Below, in pieces: positions 11,803-23,900 of a DNA stretch of 64,000 nt; the stretch's first letter is position 1; every line of letters starts with the position of its first letter. The position numbers and the translations under genes are program-made. The DNA is from Eledone cirrhosa (lineage: Eukaryota). The stretch lies in NCBI GenBank assembly GCA_964016885.1, contig OZ024743.1, forward strand, positions 236,406,001 through 236,470,000, written 5' to 3'. The notes under the pieces are model-generated. The model had not been told where the DNA came from and did no database searches. It saw only the letters and a program-made list of their open reading frames with translations.

Positions 11803-12053
11803 AAGAGAAGGCTAAATAAATAAATAAATACATACACAAGCACAATAACAACAAACACATATAAACACACACTAGTAAACTAAGATAGAATACAATAACC
11901 AATACACAGTCACCCAAACACGAACACACATCAAACACTATACACACACGCAAACGCATGCGCAGCGAAGACAAAATATAAATAAATAAATAAATAAACA
12001 GACTAAATAAAGATGGCGTAGGCATACAATACAACAGGAGGAAACATAACAGC

Positions 12054-12095
12054 ACCACTGACGATGTTGCAGATGTGCAGCGAAAGAACTTTGTT
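12054..12095 (+). ncRNA. Hammerhead ribozyme motif in the Penelope pLTR
   Basis: CA-CUGACGA (12058-12064)-U-GUUGCA-gaug-UGCAGC-GAAA (12082-12085)-GAAC-UU-UG; lies between the EN stop and the next ORF start, as expected for PLE pLTR ribozymes. Confidence 0.75.
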
Positions 12096-12272
12096 AGACT
12101 ATATATATGTGTTTGTGTCTATATTATATCTGTATTTTTTACCGTTGGTCAGTCAATGGTAACATTGAGGACCGAATAAATTAAATTAACCGATATAAAA
12201 GACACGGAAGTGAAAACCAACCAAACAGTGAGTGTGTTCTGTTATTAATTCTGGCAATATTATTACACAAAT

Positions 12273-14990
12273 ATGACCCACCCCAAGTATAAGAATATTT
12301 GTTTCGACACACGATTTCATATCAAAAACCTCGCAAAACTAATTCATCGCCGTTATGGCATTAGCTTTTGCCAAGCTGAAAGGTTATTGAAAGACACTGT
12401 TTTCTGTTATATAAAAACTACAATAACAACAGAACAAATCCGCTTCTTAAAACACTGTGTTTCCTTCAAAATATACACAACAAACATATCAAAACAAGTA
12501 AATAATTTATTATTAAACAAAACACAAGCTGAACGACTAAAACACACAATAACAGTTAATATGAAAAGAACAACATACACAAAAGTTAACGAACTTTACA
12601 GACAGAAACGCATTAACGGTAAGGAAGTTCGAAATCTCACCACACCAAACGAGAGGGATGAACTCATGAGCGTCATTCGACGTGAAACGAAATACGCCCG
12701 AAACGAATGCAATAGGCATTTCAATAAGAAATTAGAATGGATGAATAAGAAAAAACTAGAAGAAAGAAAAATAGAATATTCACAAAAATACCCAGATAAC
12801 ATCAACAATATCCGTATGACTGATGTAGAACTACCGGAAGAATTTACCAATGACCGCACAGTAAATATTTATGGGAACACTTTAATCAGTGAACAAGAAC
12901 AACAAATTCTGCAGCTACCACCAAAATTTGCTATCTACAAAAAGATTAACCCTATGGAGTGCAAAACGGAGCTGGAAAAGTGTTTCACAAAAATACGTTG
13001 GAATGCAAAAGTAAACAACAACAACAACTATACGACAACAACAACAACAATAATAACGATAGTAGAAATATAAACAATAACTCTGAGTATAGAAATAACA
13101 GCTATAATAGTAATAGTCATAACAATAACAATAGCGGGAGAGTAATAATGGTAATAATATTAACGATAGACAGAACAACAACAACAATAATAATAATAAT
13201 AGAAACATTAACGACAGACACAACAGCAGCGACCACAGTAGTAATAATGGTAATAATACGAGTAACAACAACAACAATCACAGTGGTAATAATAGAAATA
13301 ATACATGTAGCAACATTAATGATAGACACAACAACAACAAAAACAAGAAACATAATAAAAGTAACAACCACAATGGTAGAAATAACAGTAACAACAACAA
13401 TAACGGTGGAGAAAACAACAACAATACATCTAACAATCACAGCAACAATACATCTAGCAATCATAACAATAATAATAATGTTAATGATAGGAACAACAAC
13501 AACCACCATGATAACAATAATAGCAACACACACAACTATGACGATAGATATAATGACAACCCCTAAGAGAAACTATTCTTCAATCCAGCTGAGAAAACAT
13601 ATAAGATGGGTAATATCTATCCTTCGAGGTTACCCTTTAATAAAAGGGTTTGTATACCACAACAAATAGATGACGAGACAGAGGCACAGTTCACCATAGC
13701 TAGAAATAAGATTATACAAATAGTAGACCGGTATACTAAGAGGCAGAGCAGACCACAGGTCCAACAACTTGGGAGGAAACCTGTAGAAGGCTTGGTTAGC
13801 CTCAAGCAGCGCACAAGGGATGGTGAAGTAGTATGTCTACCCACGGATAAGTCTGTTAGGATGTCAATAGACAGCATGCCGAACTACATCAAGGCTATGC
13901 AACCCCACATCACCAACACGAGCGAAATTGCACAGCAAATACATGATGGGAGAGAGAAAATCCTCAACGCTCACATGATGAAGTGGACCGACATCCTAAA
14001 GCCAAGCAGACGCACTGCCAACAACTCCCAGGCGTCTAACAATGGCGTACCACCCTTGTATGGGCTCCGCAAAGACCAAAAGACAGTCGACTACCCGACA
14101 ACAGGACCACCAAGACCTGTATGCGGAGCAAATATAGCTAGCAACTACAGGATCTCCTACTTCCTCTCAATGGTTATACGCCCCATAATCAAGATGTCCC
14201 CAGATGTATGTGACAGTACAGAGGACCTCCTCAGCAGAATCAGTGAGTTCAACAAAACAAAAACCTATCCAACTGCATAATAGGCAGTATGGATGTGGTA
14301 TCACTGTACCCATCCATTAACATTGATTTTGCTATGGAAAAATGTGTGGAGATGATCATTGAGAGTGAGGTGGAGTTCTGCGACGTCGACACACACGAAC
14401 TGGGCCTCCTACTTAGACTTACCTATGACACTAACTACCTAGACAGCCATGACCTTAGACGTTTCTGCCCCAGTGGACCCATAAGAGGTAAGACCCATAA
14501 CCTCAATGGCAAAAAAACTCCCATGGCAAGGTGGATTGGGTGGGCCAAAGCTATAAGGACCCCCCAAAACAATGATCAGGTAAGAAAAATGGTCGCACAT
14601 GCAATAGGGGCTAGTATCAAAACTACCCTAAAGGGCCACATATTCAAATTCAATGAGAAGATCTACACCCAAAATGAGGGAGCAGCCATTGGCGTCAGCA
14701 TAGCTGGTGACGTTGCCAACCTTTTTATGGTATGGTGGAAAAGGAAACTCAAAGATCTCCTTGAGGAGAGCTCCATAGACCTCATCATGTACTCTCGTTA
14801 CGTAGACGATATTAATATAGTAATAAGGACATCCCCACAAGAGAGTACTAACAAGTATGATTTAGAACGTAGCACAATGGAAAGCATCCAGCAGATAGCT
14901 AATTCCATACACCAGAGTATGACTGTAACTATCGACTACCCTTCCTAATACCCTAACAATAGACTACCTGTATTAGACACGGAACTAGTG
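12273..14990 (+). pseudogene. Penelope-like element ORF (N-terminal domain, Asn-rich insert, reverse transcriptase), frameshifted and 3'-truncated
   Basis: ILQLPPKFA, VCLPTDKS, PPLYGLRKDQK..RPV, GSMDVVSLYPSI, YTQNEGAAIGVSIAGDVANLFM, YSRYVDDI, LPVLD; in-frame stops at ~13564, 14280 and 14948. Confidence 0.9.
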
Positions 14991-16647
14991 GTGGGTAAAT
15001 TATAGAAGAGGTTGTAGTAGTAGTAGTGGTAGAGATGACAGTGTCTGTTGTAGTGTAGTGGTGGGTAAATTATAGTACAGGTTGTAGTAGTAGTGGTGGT
15101 AGAGATGACAGTGTCTGTAGTAGTGTAGTGGTGGGTAAATTATAGAAGAGGTTGTAGTAGTAGTGGTGGTAGAGATGACAGTGTCTGTGGTAGTGTAGTG
15201 GTGGGTAAATTATAGTACAGGTTGTAGTAGTAGTGGTGGTAGAGATGACAGTGTCTGTAGTAGTGTAGTGGTGGGTAAATTATAGAAGAGGTTGTAGTAG
15301 TAGTGGTGGTAGAGATGACAGTGTCTGTGGTAGTGTAGTGGTGGGTAAATTATAGTACAGGTTGTAGTAGTAGTGGTGGTAGAGATGACAGTGTCTGTAG
15401 TAGTGTAGTGGTGGGTAAATTATAGAAGAGGTTGTAGTAGTAGTGGTGGTAGAGATGACAGTGTCTGTAGTAGTGTAGTGGTGGGTAAATTATAGAAGAG
15501 GTTGTAGTAGTAGTGGTGGTAGAGATGACAGTGTCTGTGGTAGTGTAGTGGTGGGTAAATTATAGAAGAGGTTGTAGTAGTAGTGGTGGTAGAGATGACA
15601 GTGTCTGTGGTAGTGTAGTGGTGGGTAAATTATAGTACAGGTTGTGGTAGTAGTGGTGGTAGAGATGACAGTGTCTGTAGTAGTGTAGTGGTGGGTAAAT
15701 TATAGAAGAGGTTGTAGTAGTAGTGGTGGTAGAGATGACAGTGTCTGTGGTAGTGTAGTGGTGGGTAAATTATAGTACAGGTTGTAGTAGTAGTGGTGGT
15801 AGAGATGACAGTGTCTGTAGTAGTGTAGTGGTGGGTAAATTATAGAAGAGGTTGTAGTAGTAGTGGTGGTAGAGATGACAGTGTCTGTGGTAGTGTAGTG
15901 GTGGGTAAATTATAGAAGAGGTTGTAGTAGTAGTGGTGGTAGAGATGACAGTGTCTGTGGTAGTGTAGTGGTGGGTAAATTATAGTACAGGTTGTAGTAG
16001 TGGTGGTAGAGATGACAGTGTCTGTGGTAGTGTAGTGGAGGGTAAATTATAGTACAGGTTGTAGTAGTGGTGGTAGAGATGACAGTGTCTGTGGTAGTGT
16101 AGTGGAGGGTAAATTATAGTACAGGTTGTAGTAGTAGTGGTGGTAGAGATGACAGTGTCTGTGGTAGTGTAGTGGAGGGTAAATTATAGAAGAGGTTGTA
16201 GTAGTAGTGGTAGAGATGACAGTGTCTGTGGTAGTGTAGTGGTGGGTAAATTATAGAAGAGGTTGTAGTAGTAGTAGTGGTATAGATGACAGTGTCTGTG
16301 GTAGTGTAGTGGTGGGTAAATCATAGTAGAGTTTGTAGTAGTAGTGGTAGTAGAGATGACAGTCTCTGTGGTAGTGTAGTGGAGGGTAAATTATAGAAGA
16401 GGTTGTAGTAGTAGTGGTGGTAGAGATGACAGTGTCTGTGGTAGTGTAGTGGTGGGTAAATCATAGTAGAGTTTGTAGTAGTAGTGGTAGTAGAGATGAC
16501 AGTCTCTGTGGTAGTGTAGTGGAGGGTAAATTATAGAAGAGGTTGTAGTAGTAGTGGTAGAGATGACAGTGTCTGTGGTAGTGTAGTGGTGGGTAAATTA
16601 TAGAAGAGGTTGTAGTAGTAGTGGTGGTAGAGATAACAGTCTCTGTG
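14986..16647. repeat. 70-bp minisatellite, ~24 copies (67-bp variants distally): GTGGGTAAATTATAG(A/T)A(G/C)AGGTTGTAGTAGTAGTGGTGGTAGAGATGACAGTGTCTGT(A/G)GTAGTGTAGTG
   Basis: TATAG motif recurs at 15001, 15071, 15141 and so on; G/T-rich + strand. Confidence 0.95.
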
Positions 16648-16778
16648 CTTGTGTCTTTCCTATCTTCGGTTAGCTTTCCTCTGTGTTGTTTACTAGTCTC
16701 ACTCGCTTTACGCGTTTTAATTGTCCTAATAACTTATTTTAGTTATTATTGCGCCAACGTGAGGTATATGATTTTTAA

Positions 16779-16868
16779 TGCAATGAAATACCTATGACCG
16801 TTGGTAAATCACTGATGAGGGACTCATTTTATAACATGTTATCCATGTGCAACCATGCAGTATTCTTC
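16779..16868 (+). repeat. Diverged copy of the dispersed repeat seen at 3735-3866
   Basis: ttggtaaatcactgatgagggactcattttataacatgttatccatgtgcaaccatgcagtattctt versus ttggaaaatcactgacgaaggactatttgtatcatatgtaacccatgtgcaaccacgcagtattctt. Confidence 0.8.
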
Positions 16869-17212
16869 TCCCCATTTTTTCACATATATATATATATATA
16901 TATCAAGGTTATAAGAAACGAACAAACAAGAGGATGCAATAACATGAAGTGTATTAGTTTCACGCTTGGAAGAAGAAGAATGAGTTATATATATATATTT
17001 ATGTTTTGTGGTTAACTCATGGATAGAACTGGTCATTTTGTTTAGTTAACCATGATGTAATAGTAGGAAAATCACTCTCCGTTATGCAACTCATCCATTG
17101 TTGATGTTGAATCTCGTGGTTGGTGCAAGAACAGAGTTAATTATTTATGTTTTCTATTCTCTGTTTGTGTTTGCCGTAATCCCTTTTATTGATTAACTAA
17201 TTATGCAATCCG

Positions 17213-17268
17213 AACCTGATGATGTCGCCAGGATCTTACGTAACCAGGCTATTGAAATATATATAGTG
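17213..17268 (+). ncRNA. Possible degenerate hammerhead motif
   Basis: AC-CUGAUGA (17216-17222), imperfect stem II gucgccagg/ccaggcuau, GAAA (17254-17257), palindromic UAUAUA, UA-GU. Confidence 0.4.
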
Positions 17269-17284
17269 TTTTTGCAACAATGTC

Positions 17285-17832
17285 TAGGGCGGGTAAAATT
17301 CCAGAGATCCATGGACGTGTTCTCTCCAGCCGTCTCTGTTCCTCATCATCGCTGCCATGTCCTGTGTCTCCAAGAGACCAGTGTCTGTCCTTAGAGCATC
17401 AACATATGTTAACATCGCTCTTGGTCTTCCAGTTTGTCCATGCAGGGACTCCCACAGGAGCACTGAGTGCAGTGTCAACTCTGGATGTCGGTGAGCATGT
17501 CCAGCTAACCTCAGTCTCCTCTGTGTTACTTTGGAGCTGTATATATATATATATATATCCTCGGTCTCACTCTTCTAGTGTGTCCATGCAGGGGCTCCCA
17601 CAGGAGCACTGAGTGCAGTGTCAACTCTGGATGTAGGTGAGCAAGTCCAGCTAACCTCAGTCTCCTCCGTGCTACTCTCGAGCTGACTTTAGGGAGGCTC
17701 CCGTATAGCTCTGAGTTCTTCATCCTCAGTGTATACTAATTAATGTTCAGAGCCATCCTCAGCATTCTCGTGTATCACCCATCTATCATCTCATCTGAGT
17801 GAGATTCTTGGTCAGTGTCCAAGTCTCGGACA
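17285..17832 (-). pseudogene. 3'-terminal fragment of an RTE-like LINE ORF with an internal ~90-bp duplication
   Basis: ETWTLT..DG*YTRMLRMALNI..LYGSLPKVSSRVARRRLRLAG..HPEL..VLLWEP.HG..GRPRAMLTYVDALRTDTGL..MMRNRDGWR; 17435-17520 duplicates 17581-17666. Confidence 0.8.
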
Positions 17833-17920
17833 ATAAAACTTTAAAAGGATAACTCCAGTCCGGTTACAATATATTGTTTTAAGAAAATATGAGGTTTTCT
17901 CCTCCTTAAGTTCTTGCCAG

Positions 17921-20900
17921 TGTTCCTTCAGTCAATCTCCTATACTACTGGTTGTATGTTCCTTCAGTCAATCTCCTATACTACGGATTGTATGTTCCTT
18001 CAGTCAATCTCCTATACTACTGGTTGTATGTTCCTTCAGTCAATCTCCTATACTACTGGTTGTATGTTCCTTCAATCAATCTCCTATACTACAGGTTGTA
18101 TGTACCTTCAGTCAATCTCCTATACTACAGGTTGTATGTTCCTTCAGTCGATCTCCTATACTACTGGTTGTATGTTCCTTCAGTCAATCTCCTATACTAC
18201 GGGTTGTATGTTCCTTCAGTCAATCTCCTATACTACGGGTTGTATGTTCCTTCAGTCAATCTCCTATACTACGGGTTGTATGTTCCTTCAGTCAATCTCC
18301 TATACTACGGGTTGTATGTTCCTTCAGTCAATCTCCTATACTACGGGTTGTATGTTCCTTCAGTCAATCTCCTATTATACGGGTTGTATGTTCCTTCAGT
18401 CAATCTCCTATACTACTGGTTGTATGTTCCTTCAGTCAATCTCCTATACTACGGGTTGTATGTTCCTTCAGTCAATCTCCTATACTACAGGTTGTATGTT
18501 CCTTCAGTCAATCTCCTATACTACGGGTTGTATGTTCCTTCAGTCAATCTCCTATACTACGGGTTGTATGTTCCTTCAGTCAATCTCCTATTATACGGGT
18601 TGTATGTTCCTTCAGTCAATCTCCTATACAACTGGGTGTATGTTCCTTCAGTCAATCTCCTATACTACTGGTTGTATGTTCCTTCAGTCAATCTCCTATA
18701 CTACGGGTTGTATGTTCCTTCAGTCAATCTCCTATACTACGGGTTGTATGTTCCTTCAGTCAATCTCCTATACTACGGGTTGTATGTTCCTTCAGTCAAT
18801 CTCCTATTATACGGGTTGTATGTTCCTTCAGTCAATCTCCTATACTACTGGTTGTATGTTCCTTCAGTCAATCTCCTATTATACGGGTTGTATGTTCCTT
18901 CAGTCAATCTCCTATACTACTGGTTGTATGTTCCTTCAGTCAATCTCCTATACTACGGGTTGTATGTTCCTTCAGTCAATCTCCTATACTACAGGTTGTA
19001 TGTTCCTTCAGTCAATCTCCTATACTACGGGTTGTATGTTCCTTCAGTCAATCTCCTATACTACGGGTTGTATGTTCCTTCAGTCAATCTCCTATTATAC
19101 GGGTTGTATGTTCCTTCAGTCAATCTCCTATACTACTGGTTGTATGTTCCTTCAGTCAATCTCCTATACTACTGGTTGTATGTTCCTTCAGTCAATCTCC
19201 TATACTACTGGTTGTATGTTCCTTCAGTCAATCTCCTATACTACGGGTTGTATGTTCCTTCAGTCAATCTCCTATACTACGGGTTGTATGTTCCTTCAGT
19301 CAATCTCCTATTATACGGGTTGTATGTTCCTTCAGTCAATCTCCTATACTACTGGTTGTATGTTCCTTCAGTCAATCTCCTATACTACTGGTTGTATGTT
19401 CCTTCAGTCAATCTCCTATACTACAGGTTGTATGTTCCTTCAGTCAATCTCCTATACTACTGGTTGTATATTCCTTCAGTCAATCTCCTATACTACAGGT
19501 TGTATGTTCCTTCAGTCAATCTCCTATACTACTGGTTGTATGTTCCTTCAGTCAATCTCCTATACTACGGGTTGTATGTTCCTTCAGTCAATCTCCTATA
19601 CTACAGGTTGTATGTTCCTTCAGTCAATCCCCTATACTACTGGTTGTATATTCCTTCAGACAATCTCCTATACTACTGGTTGTATGTTCCTTCAGTCAAT
19701 CTCCTATACTACAGGTTGTATGTTCCTTCAGTCAATCTCTTATAAAACTGGTTGTATGTTCCTTCAGTCAATCTCCTATACTACTGGTTGTATGTTGCTT
19801 CAGTCAATATCCTATACTACTGGTTGTATGTTCCTTCAGTCAATCTCCTATAATACTGGTTGTATGTTCCTTCAGTCAATCTCCTATACTACTGGTTGTA
19901 TATTCCTTCAGTTAATCTACTATACTAAGTGTTGTATATTCCTTCAGTCAATCTCCTATACTACGGGTTGTATGTTCCTTCAGTCAATCTCCTATTATAC
20001 GGGTTGTATGTTCCTTCAGTCAATCTCCTATACTACTGGTTGTATGTTCCTTCAGTCAATCTCCTATACTACTGGTTGTATGTTCCTTCAGTCAATCTCC
20101 TATACTACTGGTTGTATGTTCCTTCAGTCAATCTCCTATACTACGGGTTGTATGTTCCTTCAGTCAATCTCCTATACTACGGGTTGTATGTTCCTTCAGT
20201 CAATCTCCTATTATACGGGTTGTATGTTCCTTCAGTCAATCTCCTATACTACTGGTTGTATGTTCCTTCAGTCAATCTCCTATACTACTGGTTGTATGTT
20301 CCTTCAGTCAATCTCCTATACTACGGGTTGTATGTTCCTTCAGTCAATCTCCTATACTACAGGTTGTATGTTCCTTCAGTCAATCTCCTATACTACTGGT
20401 TGTATATTCCTTCAGTCAATCTCCTATACTACAGGTTGTATGTTCCTTCAGTCAATCTCCTATACTACTGGTTGTATGTTCCTTCAGTCAATCTCCTATA
20501 CTACGGGTTGTATGTTCCTTCAGTCAATCTCCTATACTACAGGTTGTATGTTCCTTCAGTCAATCCCCTATACTACTGGTTGTATATTCCTTCAGTCAAT
20601 CCCCTATACTACTGGTTGTATATTCCTTCAGACAATCTCCTATACTACTGGTTGTATGTTCCTTCAGTCAATCTCCTATACTACAGGTTGTATGTTCCTT
20701 CAGTCAATCTCTTATAAAACTGGTTGTATGTTCCTTCAGTCAATCTCCTATACTACTGGTTGTATGTTGCTTCAGTCAATATCCTATACTACTGGTTGTA
20801 TGTTCCTTCAGTCAATCTCCTATAATACTGGTTGTATGTTCCTTCAGTCAATCTCCTATACTACTGGTTGTATATTCCTTCAGTTAATCTACTATACTAA

Positions 20901-23900
20901 GTGTTGTATATTCCTTCAGTCAATCTCCTATACTACTGGTTGTATATTCCTTCAGTCAATCTCCTATACTACTGGTTGTATGTTCCTTCAGTCAATCTCC
21001 TATACTACAGGTTGTATGTACCTTCAGTCAATCTCCTATACTACGGGTTGTATGTTCCTTCAGTCAATCTCCTATACTACTGGTTGTATGTTCCTTCAGT
21101 CAATCTCCTATACTACGGGTTGTATGTACCTTCAGGCAATCTCCTATACTACGGGTTGTATGTTCCTTCAGTCAATCTCCTATACTACTGGTTGTATGTT
21201 CCTTCAGTCAATCTCCTATACTACAGGTTGTATGTACCTTCAGTCAATCTCCTATACTACGGGTTGTATGTTCCTTCAGTCAATCTCCTATACTACTGGT
21301 TGTATGTTCCTTCAGTCAATCTCCTATACTACGGGTTGTATGTTCCTTCAGTCAATCTCCTATACTACGGGTTGTAAGTTCCTTCAGTGAATCTCCTATA
21401 CTACGGGTTGTATGTTCCTTCAGTCAATCTCCTATACTACTGGTTGTATGTTCCTTCAGTCAATCTCCTATACTATGGATTGTATGTTCCTTCAGTCAAT
21501 CTCCTATACTACTGGTTGTATGTTCCTTCAGTCAATCTCCTATACTACTGGTTGTATGTTCCTTCAATCAATCTCCTATACTACAGGTTGTATGTACCTT
21601 CAGTCAATCTCCTATACTACGAGTTGTATGTTCCTTCAGTCAATCTCCTATACTACTGGTTGTATGTTCCTTCAGTCAATCTCCTATACTACGGGTTGTA
21701 TGTTCCTTCAGTCAATCTCCTATAATACGGGTTGTATGATCCTTCAGTCAATCTCCTATACTACGGGTTGTATGTTCCTTCAGTCAATCTCCTATACTAC
21801 GGGTTGTATGTTCCTTCAGTCAATCTCCTATACTACGGGTTGTATGTTCCTTCAGTCAATCTCCTATTATACAGGTTGTATGTTCCTTCAGTCAATCTCC
21901 TATACTACTGGTTGTATGTTCCTTCAGTCAATCTCCTATACTACAGGTTGTATGTTCCTTCAGTCAATCTCCTATACTACAGGTTGTATGTTCCTTCAGT
22001 CAATCTCCTATACCACTGGTTGTATGTTCCTTCAGTCAATCTCCTATACTACGGGTTGTATGTTCCTTCAGTCAATCTCCTATACTACAGGTTGTATGTT
22101 CCTTCAGTCAATCCCCTATACTACTGGTTGTATATTCCTTCAGTCAATCCCCTATACTACTGGTTGTATATTGCTTCAGTCAATCTCCTATACTACTGGT
22201 TGTATGTTCCTTCAGTCAATCTCCTATACTACAGGTTGTATGTTCCTTCAGTCAATCTCTTATAAAACTGGTTGTATGTTCCTTCAGTCAATCTCCTATA
22301 CTACTGGTTGTATGTTGCTTCAGTCAATATCCTATACTACTGGTTGTATGTTCCTTCAGACAATCTCCTATAATACTGGTTGTATGTTCCTTCAGTCAAT
22401 CTCCTATACTACTGGTTGTATATTCCTTCAGTTAATCTACTATACTACGTGTTGTATATTCCTTCAGTCAATCTCCTATACTACTGGTTGTATGTTCCTT
22501 CAGTCAATCTGCTATACTACTGGTTGTATGTTCCTTCAGTCAATCTCCTATACTACAGGTTGTATGTACCTTCAGTCAATCTCCTATACTACGGGTTGTA
22601 TGTTCCTTCAGTCAATCTCCTATACTACTGGTTGTATGTTCCTTCAGTCAATCTCCTATACTACGGGTTGTATGTACCTTCAGTCAATCTCCTATACTAC
22701 GGGTTGTATGTTCCTTCAGTCAATCCCCTATACTACTGGTTGTATATTCCTTCAGTCAATCCCCTATACTACTGGTTGTATATTCCTTCAGACAATCTCC
22801 TATACTACTGGTTGTATGTTCCTTCAGTCAATCTCCTATACTACAGGTTGTATGTTCCTTCAGTCAATCTCTTATAAAACTGGTTGTATGTTCCTTCAGT
22901 CAATCTCCTATACTACTGGTTGTATGTTGCTTCAGTCAATATCCTATACTACTGGTTGTATGTTCCTTCAGTCAATCTCCTATAATACTGGTTGTATGTT
23001 CCTTCAGTCAATCTCCTATACTACTGGTTGTATATTCCTTCAGTTAATCTCCTATATTACGGGTTGTATGTTCCTTCAGTCAATCTCCTATACTACTGGT
23101 TGTATGTTCCTTCAGTCAATCTCCTATACTACAGGTTGTATGTACCTTCAGTCAATCTCCTATACTACGGGTTGTATGTTCCTTCAGTCAATCTCCTATA
23201 CTACTGGTTGTATGTTCCTTCAGTCAATCTCCTATACTACGGGTTGTATGTTCCTTCAGTCAATCTCCTATACTACGGGTTGTATGTTCCTTCAGTCAAT
23301 CTCCTATACTACGGGTTGTAAGTTCCTTCAGTCAATCTCCTATACTACGGGTTGTATGTTCCTTCAGTCAATCTCCTATACTACTGGTTGTATGTTCCTT
23401 CAGTCAATCTCCTATACTACGGATTGTATGTTCCTTCAGTCAATCTCCTATACTACTGGTTGTATGTTCCTACAGTCAATCTCCTATACTACTGGTTGTA
23501 TGTTCCTTCAATCAATCTCCTATACTACAGGTTGTATGTACCTTCAGTCAATCTCCTATACTACGGGTTGTATGTTCCTTCAGTCAATCTCCTATACTAC
23601 TGGTTGTATGTTCCTTCAGTCAATCTCCTATACTACGGGTTGTATGTTCCTTCAGTCAATCTCCTATAATACGGGTTGTATGTTCCTTCAGTCAATCTCC
23701 TATACTACGGGTTGTATGTTCCTTCAGTCAATCTCCTATACTACGGGTTGTATGTTCCTTCAGTCAATCTCCTATACTACGGGTTGTATGTTCCTTCAGT
23801 CAATCTCCTATTATACGGGTTGTATGTTCCTTCAGTCAATCTCCTATACTACTGGTTGTATGTTCCTTCAGTCAATCTCCTATACTACGGGTTGTATGTT

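Larger units (their letters stand above)
11218..14990 (+). mobile_element. Decayed GIY-YIG Penelope-like retrotransposon in partial-tandem arrangement (EN 3' end + pLTR + 5' part of ORF/RT) with an inverted terminal segment
   Basis: GIY-YIG fragment upstream of an HHR-containing pLTR, followed by a PLE-type RT; 11218-11351 is an inverted copy of 12159-12292; left flank is (TA)n. Confidence 0.9.

Noticed and set aside
13117-13533. Hydrophobic minus-strand membrane-protein ORFs (also 12915-13277)
   Set aside because: Antisense translations of the AAC/AAT-rich insert
14986-16647. Telomeric repeat array
   Set aside because: G/T-rich, but a complex 70-bp unit with no TTAGGG/TTAGG tandem and an internal position
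16812-16830. CTGATGA (and CTGACGA at 3810) as hammerhead cores
   Set aside because: No closing stem II or GAAA downstream, so not called as ribozymes
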